From the NCBI GenBank assembly GCA_964493695.1, contig CAZBPG010000007.1, positions 329 through 64,328 on the forward strand: 64,000 nucleotides of DNA, written 5' to 3'. Position 1 is the stretch's first letter, and each line of letters begins with the position of its first letter. The position numbers were made by a program, and so were the translations under genes. The notes below the pieces were generated by a model. The model did not search any database. It was given only the letters and a program-made list of their open reading frames with translations, and was not told the DNA's origin. Source of the stretch: an uncultured Chitinophaga sp. (GTDB lineage: Bacteria > Bacteroidota > Bacteroidia > Chitinophagales > LD1). Below, in pieces: positions 57,521-64,000 of this stretch.

Positions 57521-59485
57521 CTATTCGCCTGTAGAGAACTTAAGCGCAGTGTTAGTACCCGCAGGCGACACGCGCACATAACCCTGCATTTCCTGGTGCA
57601 GTGCGGAGCAGAAATCAGTACAATACATAGGGAACACACCAACTCGGTCCGGAACCCATTTTAAAGTAGATGTTTCACCGGGAAGTATCAACAATTCTGA
57701 ATTGTTTGCTCCCTTAACTGCAAAACCGTGAGGAACATCCCAATCCTGTTCAAGGTTGGTAACATGGAAGTAAACATTGTCGCCCACTTTCACTCCTTCA
57801 ATATTATCCGGAGTAAAGTGCGAACGTATAGAGGTCATGTATACATGGACATCGTTTCCGTTGCGGGTTACTTTTGCGTCCTTCTCATTTTTAGCAACGT
57901 ATTTATGTTCGTTGTTCTCGAGTTTGAAAAACTTCACTTCATGTTTGGTTATTAAATCAGCCGGACAAGCCTGCGCGTAGTGTGGCTCACCAATAGTAGG
58001 GAAGTCAAGCAACAATTGCATTTTTGGTCCGTCAATGGAATACAACTGCGCTGATTGAGTCAACTCCGGTCCGGTTGGCAGGTAACGGTCTTTGGTAATT
58101 TTGTTCAAAGCAATAACGTACTTGCCGTAAGGTTTAATGTTATCGCCCATAGGCACACATAAGTGACCGATGGAATAGTAGGTAGGCACACGATCAAGAA
58201 TTTGTTTTGTTTTTACATCCCACTTTACAATTTCAGACGAAACGAAGAAGGAAGTGTATCCGTGTCCTTCATTGTCGAACTCTGTATGTAATGGTCCGAG
58301 ACCCGGTTTTTCTACTTCGCCATCTAAAGCCGCTTCGTATTTAATTACCGGAACACCATCAAAATCGCCATCGAAGTTTTTGGCTTCAATGGCTTTTACC
58401 ATTTTACTGAAAGAGTACACCGGAATTACAGCGGCAAGTTTACCTGATGCACAGATGTATTCACCTGTTGGATCAACATCACAGCCATGCGGTGATTTTG
58501 GACAAGGAATGAAATAGCACACTCCCGGAAGATCTTTAACATCTAACACCGTAACTTCTTTCTCCATAGTTGTGGTAGCGGTGTGTGTTTTTTCATCCAT
58601 TACATTATGTGCATAATTAGCAGCCCACTTTTTTCCTTTGCCTTGTGCTAAATACTCTTCTGCTTTTTTCCAGTTCACTGCCATGATAAAGTCTTTATCG
58701 CGCTGCGAAGCATTTACCTCTAAAAGCGTGTGTGCTTTTTCACTGTTATAGCAACTGAAGAAAACCCAACCGTGAGAGGCCGCCTTACCGGCACGCGATA
58801 AATCGTAGTCAACACCGGGAACCAGCAACTGAAAATTGATGTTCATTCTTCCGGTTTCTTTATCAACCTTTATAAACGATATGGTGCCTTTAAACTTGTC
58901 TTTGTAATCAGCTATTGCTGCGTCACCATCTTTATCGTAAGGAACGGAAAAACGTGACGCGCCCACCACATACTCTGTATTTTGAGTAGTAAAAGGCGAT
59001 GCGTGATTACCCCCGCAATTCGGTAATTCAATAATTTCTGCTGTTTTGAAAATGCCTAAATCCATCCGCGCAATACGAGGAGTGTTGTTGGCGTTAATGA
59101 ACAGCCAACGGCCATCATCCTGACCATCGGTGCGCGAAAGCTGCGGGTGGTGGCTGTCGTCCCACGGAGTGTAACCGTGCGAAGTCATCAGCATCGGTTT
59201 TGTTTCTTCACTGTAACCGTAACCGGTTTCTGCATCCTGACTGAACACCGGAACCTGTTTCAGCATTCTGCCCGAAGGAAGTCCGTAAACCCCTACCTGC
59301 CCGCTAAAACCACCGGAGGTGAAAAGATAAATTTCGTCTTTCTTGCCCGGAGCTACATAAACTTTACTGGCCGCATCGCCTGCAAGAGCAGAGTCGACTT
59401 TGGGAGGTTTGCAACTGCTGAAAAAGCCGGTTGCTAAAAAGCCAATTGCCGCGAACAGAAGATTTTTTATTGAAACGTTTTTCAT
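57521..59485 (-). CDS. nosZ: Nitrous-oxide reductase, Sec-type (clade II) NosZ
   Basis: 654 aa. Sec/lipoprotein-type signal without a twin-arginine. Seven-bladed propeller His ligands. C-terminal CuA motif CTDFCSALHQEM. Confidence 0.95.
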   Translation of the reverse strand: MKNVSIKNLLFAAIGFLATGFFSSCKPPKVDSALAGDAASKVYVAPGKKDEIYLFTSGGFSGQVGVYGLPSGRMLKQVPVFSQDAETGYGYSEETKPMLMTSHGYTPWDDSHHPQLSRTDGQDDGRWLFINANNTPRIARMDLGIFKTAEIIELPNCGGNHASPFTTQNTEYVVGASRFSVPYDKDGDAAIADYKDKFKGTISFIKVDKETGRMNINFQLLVPGVDYDLSRAGKAASHGWVFFSCYNSEKAHTLLEVNASQRDKDFIMAVNWKKAEEYLAQGKGKKWAANYAHNVMDEKTHTATTTMEKEVTVLDVKDLPGVCYFIPCPKSPHGCDVDPTGEYICASGKLAAVIPVYSFSKMVKAIEAKNFDGDFDGVPVIKYEAALDGEVEKPGLGPLHTEFDNEGHGYTSFFVSSEIVKWDVKTKQILDRVPTYYSIGHLCVPMGDNIKPYGKYVIALNKITKDRYLPTGPELTQSAQLYSIDGPKMQLLLDFPTIGEPHYAQACPADLITKHEVKFFKLENNEHKYVAKNEKDAKVTRNGNDVHVYMTSIRSHFTPDNIEGVKVGDNVYFHVTNLEQDWDVPHGFAVKGANNSELLILPGETSTLKWVPDRVGVFPMYCTDFCSALHQEMQGYVRVSPAGTNTALKFSTGE

Positions 59486-59518
59486 TGTTTATTGATTTTT
59501 ATGGTGAATAACTACGTA

Positions 59519-60016
59519 CTATTTTTTTGCTTCTTCTTTACCTTCTTTTGCCTCATGGTCGTTTTGGCGCAGGTATTCCAACAACTGTTTTGCCTGGTCA
59601 TCGCTCACATCCTGAAAGGTCATTTGGGTTAAGTGTTCGGCCAGCAACTCTTTAGCTGCAGGGTCTTTTTGTGTCATCTCTACCGGATTTGTAATCATAT
59701 TCATTATCCAGGCGGGTTGTCTTTTTTCGGTAACCCCCAACAAACCGGGACCAACTACTTTTTGACTGGTGGTTTTGTGGCAAGCGGAGCACTTGGCTTC
59801 GAAAATTACCTTGCCCTGCCCGGCCAGATTTTCATCAATATCTGCCAGCGATATGTTTTTGAATTTGCCTATACCCTGACCGTCATCGGCAGGTTCTTCC
59901 GATACCGCACTTTGAGAGGTTTCGGTGCTTCCATCAGATTGTTTTTCGTTGCTGCCGCAGCTACTAATAAAGAACAGCGCTGCTACTGTTGCGAGAGAGA
60001 GGAGTTTGCTTTTCAT
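59519..60016 (-). CDS. Mono-haem c-type cytochrome lipoprotein (probable electron donor to NosZ)
   Basis: 165 aa. Lipobox ISSC, a single CSACH haem-binding motif, and a distal Met region. Confidence 0.8.
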   Translation of the reverse strand: MKSKLLSLATVAALFFISSCGSNEKQSDGSTETSQSAVSEEPADDGQGIGKFKNISLADIDENLAGQGKVIFEAKCSACHKTTSQKVVGPGLLGVTEKRQPAWIMNMITNPVEMTQKDPAAKELLAEHLTQMTFQDVSDDQAKQLLEYLRQNDHEAKEGKEEAKK

Positions 60017-60044
60017 ACTTTTTTTTAAGTTTTAAATTCGGTTG

Positions 60045-60052
60045 CAAATGTA
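60045..60052 (-). promoter_or_regulatory. Candidate -7 box TACATTTG for the nos operon
   Basis: Matches TAnnTTTG about 30 nt upstream of the cytochrome c ATG on the minus strand. Confidence 0.35.
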
Positions 60053-60096
60053 TTTTGGGCGAGTGCCCTCGTTCATGAGAGCAGTCAAGCTAATAT

Positions 60097-60110
60097 ATGA
60101 TTAAAGTCAA
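60097..60110 (-). promoter_or_regulatory. Crp/Fnr-like box TTGACTTTAATCAT upstream of the nos operon
   Basis: 8/10 match to TTGAT-N4-ATCAA, centred about 50 bp upstream of the -7 box. Confidence 0.3.
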
Positions 60111-60515
60111 TAAAAAAAGACCTGTTAGTCTTTCTCAGGGTAAATCCTTCAGGGCAATGGCATTAGGTTAAGGGGCAAAGTAAAAAATAAAAAGCTATGA
60201 TTATTACTTTTTGAGTGTCCGCACCCCAAAAAAATTCCGATTCCCTTGTTTTGGCAACATACACTCGTATTAAACGAATTGCTTTTGTTCCCCCCAAAAA
60301 CAACTACACCGCTAAAATTGACCACAAACAAAGCTAACCTCAAACCATCCCTAAAATTTCTTCGGGCTTCCCAGCCACCAACACCAAGGGCGGAATTACT
60401 TTCCGCTTCTCGCTGGCAGATTAAAAGAACCTCTTAGAAAGACAAAAAGCATTCGAAAAACAACAAAATCGTCTGTTTTTCGGGTTTCACGAAGCGGAGG
60501 GGAGGTCTCACCAAT

Positions 60516-60870
60516 CATTGCGGAAGACTCCTGAATGGTTCGGGAAGGCTCACCAGCCATTGCGGAAGACTCCCGAATGGTTCAGGAAGACTCACCAGCC
60601 ATTGCGGAAGGCTCCCGAATGGTTCAGGAAGACTCACCAGCCATTGCGGAAGGCTCCCGAATGGCTCAGGAAGACTCACCAGCCATTGCGGAAGGCTCCC
60701 GAATGGTTCAGGAAGACTCACCAGCCATTGCGGAAGGCTCCCGAATGGCTCAGGAAGACCCACCAGCCATTGCGGAAGGCTCCCGAATGGCTCAGGAAGA
60801 CTCACCGACCATTGCGGAAGACTCCTGAATGGTTCGGGAAGGCTCAACAACCATTGCGGGAGGCCCCGTA
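60516..60870. repeat. Tandem array of about 8.5 copies of a 42-bp unit (CATTGCGGAAGGCTCCCGAATGGTTCAGGAAGACTCACCAGC)
   Basis: CATTGCGG starts at 60516, 60558, 60600, 60642, 60684, 60726, 60768, 60810 and 60852 (all 42 bp apart). There is an internal 21-bp half-periodicity (GGAAGRCTC twice per unit). Confidence 0.95.
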
Positions 60871-60925
60871 GTTATTTTGAAAACCTGTAAGGTTTCATAT
60901 TTTCACGCCCTCAAACCAAACCAGA

Positions 60926-60957
60926 TACCCCGAAAGGGTTTTAAACCCTTTCGGGGT
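60926..60957. repeat. REP-like palindromic element (family copy 4), just downstream of the T9SS protein gene
   Basis: ACCCCGAAAGGGTT-TT-AAACCCTTTCGGGGTT. Confidence 0.85.
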
Positions 60958-60961
60958 TTGT

Positions 60962-61828
60962 CTACCGTGCAATAATAAAACCCTTAGAAGACGAAAGCCC
61001 CTGCCTGTCGGTGAGTTTTAGCAGATAATAGCCGGGCGGAATGAGGTGGACATTTATGTCTACCTGGTTATGCGAAAAGTTTTTATGGGTCAGCACACAA
61101 TTACCCAGCATGTCATATATCAATACATCTACCGGTGCATCGGTTTCGGTAGTAATGCTTAGCCGGTCGGTGACGGGGTTGGGGGAGAGGTGGAAGGTGG
61201 GGGTGGGGGTGGGTGAGGAAATGCCGGTATAGTATAGCGTGGAATCCAACCATGAGAAAGAACCGGATGAATAATACGCCAACGATATTCCAGTTCCTAC
61301 AGGAGGTGCTGGTGTTCCCCACATAGGATTATATTTCCACCAAACACCTATCTGCTCTTTATATACCGCACTGAAAGTTGCATCAAAACTACTAGTTTGA
61401 TAATTTACCGTTAGGAAACTATGTACGGAATCTATATGTGATGATTGATGGCACCAATTAAAAAGGGTATCGCAAAAAGGCATAAAACCGAAAAAGACAA
61501 CATGATAACCTCCCCCCAGTGTCGTAACTGATGAGTCTGGGTTTTTAAAAGTCATAAAACCCGTAGTACTTGGATTAAAATATTCAACCTGATACACGAT
61601 ACTATCAGTATAGTTTGTTCTGCTTAAAACCGTAAAGCCTTCTAATTGATTGTAAACAGTTTGCGGGTACGTAATAAAGTAAGCGGTGAAATGGCGATAC
61701 ATAAAAGTATCTCCTACCTGCCAATCAAACGCCTGCCCGATAGTAAGCGTATCATTCACCGCCTTTGCATTAAAACCCAAAAACAAAAACAGCAAGGCAG
61801 TAAGCAGTTTGCGGTGCAAAAACTTCAT
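60962..61828 (-). CDS. Hypothetical secreted protein with T9SS C-terminal sorting domain
   Basis: 288 aa. Signal peptide. C-terminal SPNPVTDRL...GYYLLKL...IIAR sorting domain. Confidence 0.7.
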   Translation of the reverse strand: MKFLHRKLLTALLFLFLGFNAKAVNDTLTIGQAFDWQVGDTFMYRHFTAYFITYPQTVYNQLEGFTVLSRTNYTDSIVYQVEYFNPSTTGFMTFKNPDSSVTTLGGGYHVVFFGFMPFCDTLFNWCHQSSHIDSVHSFLTVNYQTSSFDATFSAVYKEQIGVWWKYNPMWGTPAPPVGTGISLAYYSSGSFSWLDSTLYYTGISSPTPTPTFHLSPNPVTDRLSITTETDAPVDVLIYDMLGNCVLTHKNFSHNQVDINVHLIPPGYYLLKLTDRQGLSSSKGFIIAR

Positions 61829-61854
61829 GCACTAAAGGTAGAAATTAAATACGA

Positions 61855-61935
61855 GCACACAGATAACACGGATTGGACGGATTAAAACGGATTCAATCCT
61901 GTATTTATCCGTTGCATCTGCGTTATCCGTGTGCC
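61855..61935. repeat. ATCCGT-type inverted-repeat element (two arms of the same family as 24608-24664)
   Basis: Left arm GCACACAGATAACACGGATTGGACGGATTAAAACGGATT. Right arm ATCCGTTGCATCTGCGTTATCCGTGTGCC. The arms are imperfectly complementary. Confidence 0.7.
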
Positions 61936-61942
61936 AATTGTA

Positions 61943-62275
61943 TTAAAGGAGTTTTTGCTCTATTGTGTAAACCCCGTGTTCGGGGTTTTTATCCAGCAGG
62001 GTTTCTATTTCTGCTACCAAGGGTTTAAGAAAAGGATATTCGGTTTTGGCGGCATGAATAACAATTACTACCACCGGATAGTTTTTAAAGTTTTGCTGAT
62101 GCTGTAAGTTTTTGTCGAGTGTAACCAGCACCTGAAATTCTTCCTGCAACATGGCGCGGATTAACTCGCCATTTTCCTTGCCCTTCCATTTTTTAAATGC
62201 AACGGTTGCTACCAGGTGCTTTCTAAAGTCGCGGTGTAAGCGCTCGGGAAGGTTTTCATCTATCAGCACTTTCAT
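61943..62275 (-). CDS. DUF5615 (PIN-like) protein, putative toxin
   Basis: 110 aa. Starts MKVLIDENLP. Paired with and overlapped by a DUF433 gene. Confidence 0.7.
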   Translation of the reverse strand: MKVLIDENLPERLHRDFRKHLVATVAFKKWKGKENGELIRAMLQEEFQVLVTLDKNLQHQQNFKNYPVVVIVIHAAKTEYPFLKPLVAEIETLLDKNPEHGVYTIEQKLL

Positions 62276-62492
62276 ACAAATGCTTCAGATTAGATGAGGT
62301 TAAAAGATGCCCGGCAATCTCCAGCACCTGCACACACTGCTCTTTGGTAACAGTCGGAAAATCCTGCACAAACTCCTCAATAGTAACTCCGGCCTCTATA
62401 TGGTCGAAGAAAACTTCTACCGGTACACGGGTGCCTTTAAAAACAGGAGTGCCTCCTAAAATGTTTGGGTTAACCTGAATTACATCAATCAT
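62256..62492 (-). CDS. DUF433 protein, putative antitoxin
   Basis: 78 aa. GGTPVFKGTRVPV motif. Confidence 0.7.
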   Translation of the reverse strand: MIDVIQVNPNILGGTPVFKGTRVPVEVFFDHIEAGVTIEEFVQDFPTVTKEQCVQVLEIAGHLLTSSNLKHLYESADR

Positions 62493-62507
62493 GGTTTCAA
62501 AGATAAA

Positions 62508-63497
62508 TTAAAGCAACCCCTTTTCCAAAAGGTATTCCGCAATCTGCACCGCATTGGTAGCCGCGCCTTTGCGCAGGTTGTCGGAAACAATCCAGCAGTT
62601 TAAAGTATTGGCTTGCGATTCATCTCTGCGTATGCGGCCTACAAACGTATCGTCCTTATCGTGCGCATCAATAGGCATAGGGTATTTCAGGTTCTTTACA
62701 TCGTCCACCACCACCACCCCCGGTGATGCCGCCAGCAAAGTGCGCACTTCATCTACATCAAAATCCTTTTCAAACTCAATGTTCACGCTCTCGCTGTGTC
62801 CGCCAATAGTCGGTATGCGCACCGTGGTAGCGGTCACACGGATGCTGTCATCACCCATTATCTTTTTGGTTTCGTGCACCATTTTCATTTCCTCTTTGGT
62901 GTAGCCGTTATCGAGGAACACATCAATATGCGGAAGCGCGTTCATATCAATCTGGTAAGCGTAAGCCATTTCGCCCTTAATACCGGCACGCTCGTTCATC
63001 ATCTGGTCAACGGCTTTTTTACCGGTACCGGTTACACTCTGGTAAGTAGAAACCACCACGCGCTTTATTTTGTATTTATCGTGCAGCGGTTTAAGCACCA
63101 CCACCATTTGTATAGTGCTGCAATTGGGGTTGGCAATTATTTTATCAGTGGCTTTCAGCACATGTGCATTCACCTCCGGCACCACCAGCGGAACACCCGG
63201 TTCCATTCTCCAGGCGCTGGAGTTGTCAATTACCGTGCAGCCAATTTCCGCAAACTTTGGTGCCAGCTCTTTTGAAGTAGAACCACCGGCACTGAAGATA
63301 GCCACCTGCGGCTTTTTGCTTATTGCCGTTTGCCAATTGCATATTTCGTATTCCTTTCCTTTAAACGACACCTTCTTGCCCACACTTCTCTCACTCGCTA
63401 CCGGAATCAACTCGGTTACGGGGAAATTTCTTTCCGCTAGCACCTGCAACATTTTTGTCCCCACCAAACCGGTGGCACCTACTACGGCTACTTTCAT
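62508..63497 (-). CDS. asd: Aspartate-semialdehyde dehydrogenase
   Basis: 329 aa. MKVAVVGATGLVG Rossmann start, active-site NPNCSTI. Confidence 0.95.
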   Translation of the reverse strand: MKVAVVGATGLVGTKMLQVLAERNFPVTELIPVASERSVGKKVSFKGKEYEICNWQTAISKKPQVAIFSAGGSTSKELAPKFAEIGCTVIDNSSAWRMEPGVPLVVPEVNAHVLKATDKIIANPNCSTIQMVVVLKPLHDKYKIKRVVVSTYQSVTGTGKKAVDQMMNERAGIKGEMAYAYQIDMNALPHIDVFLDNGYTKEEMKMVHETKKIMGDDSIRVTATTVRIPTIGGHSESVNIEFEKDFDVDEVRTLLAASPGVVVVDDVKNLKYPMPIDAHDKDDTFVGRIRRDESQANTLNCWIVSDNLRKGAATNAVQIAEYLLEKGLL

Positions 63498-63525
63498 TGG
63501 ATTTAATTTTGAGAGTGCGAAAATA

Positions 63526-63936
63526 TTATTTGTCCAAAATCTTTTTGAACTCTTTCAAGCGCACCGCTTTTACTTTTGGAAACTTTATGGACTTCAGGAT
63601 GTTAAAGTCTTTATCTTCACTTAGCAGATATTCTGCATTGCAGGCTATAGCGCAATCAGCAAATTTATTGTCATCCGGGTCGCTGGCAATTAAATTCCAG
63701 TGGTAATGAATACTCACAAACTCTTTGTTTTCCAGATTAAGCAGCGTCTTAATCACGTTTCGGGCTAAAGTTTCCGAACCGTAGAACTGCTGAATCTTCT
63801 CTTCATATTCTTCAATCATCTCGTTCGATAAAGCGAGAATAAATTTCTTTTGAAGAAGCGCATCAAACAGCCAGCGATAATCGCTTTCTTTAGGAATAGA
63901 AACAATGAGGCAATTGGTGTCAATGAGAATTTTCAC
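63526..63936 (-). CDS. PIN-domain toxin (TIGR00305-like)
   Basis: 136 aa. ILIDTN start and DPDDNKF / SEDKDF acidic motifs. GTG start. Confidence 0.75.
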   Translation of the reverse strand: MKILIDTNCLIVSIPKESDYRWLFDALLQKKFILALSNEMIEEYEEKIQQFYGSETLARNVIKTLLNLENKEFVSIHYHWNLIASDPDDNKFADCAIACNAEYLLSEDKDFNILKSIKFPKVKAVRLKEFKKILDK

Positions 63937-63945
63937 AACAGCATA

Positions 63946-64000
63946 CTAAGAGGCTTTCAAAAATTCATTCAGCTTCCGGTTGCTTAACTTCTTCTCTTTC
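63946..64000 (-). CDS. 3' end of a small ORF upstream of the PIN gene (possible antitoxin), truncated by the window edge
   Basis: Open frame ...KEKKLSNRKLNEFLKAS ending 9 nt before the PIN start. Position only. Confidence 0.25.
   Translation of the reverse strand, partial: KEKKLSNRKLNEFLKAS

Noticed and set aside
60120-60500. Small ORFs 60149-60343 (-) and 60246-60437 (+) upstream of the nos operon as extra nos genes
   Set aside because: They are low-complexity, overlap each other on opposite strands, have no motifs, and sit in a probable promoter/leader region.
60515-60871. Three long ORFs (111, 117 and 97 aa) reading through the 42-bp repeat array as repetitive proteins (for example LPEPFGSLPQWLVS x8)
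   Set aside because: Overlapping frames on both strands stay open only because the repeated unit lacks stop codons in those frames. The starts are non-ATG or internal, and no promoter or RBS-like context or signal peptide is present. They are best explained as artefacts of the repeat.

Overview
This 64-kb window looks like Bacteroidota chromosomal DNA. Support: five proteins with T9SS C-terminal sorting domains, a TonB-dependent receptor, TAnnTTTG-type -7 boxes, and Gln at +1 of many predicted signal-peptide cleavage sites. Most of it is ordinary housekeeping or accessory coding sequence, densely packed on both strands: bshA, a GH3/beta-lactamase-like fusion, mutL, two rhomboid proteases, thrA-thrB-thrC, kbl, trhO, cysS, recX, nfu, ctaA, asd, several transporters, and a clade II nitrous-oxide reductase cluster (cyt c, nosZ, membrane protein, nosL, nosD, nosF, nosY). 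There is also a ccoI-like P-type ATPase broken by a frameshift in a T8 run, and four toxin-antitoxin-like modules (HepT/MNT, ParE-like, DUF433/DUF5615, PIN). I recognised no rRNA, tRNA, CRISPR array, transposase or integrase. I could not find a convincing new multi-gene protein system. The unexplained signal is mostly non-coding. (1) A ~120-nt three-hairpin element occurs three times (183-302, and a tandem pair at 20321-20644). The hairpin stems differ between copies by compensatory changes while the linker blocks are conserved. (2) An AT-rich array of six 17-mers (TTCNGAA-type half-sites) is spaced at exactly 42 bp (20771-21022), next to a GC-rich orphan ORF. (3) Two further unrelated tandem arrays share the same 21/42-bp periodicity (41788-41978 and 60516-60870). 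(4) Identical 32-nt heptanucleotide tracts (GAAATCA)n lie in inverted orientation and the same reading phase inside mutL and the divergent GH3 gene. Related heptamer tracts lie in signal-peptide coding regions. (5) A GxxExxY gene is bracketed by 27-bp inverted repeats. The 20.2-21.8 kb island is my best candidate for something undescribed, but its function is inference only.
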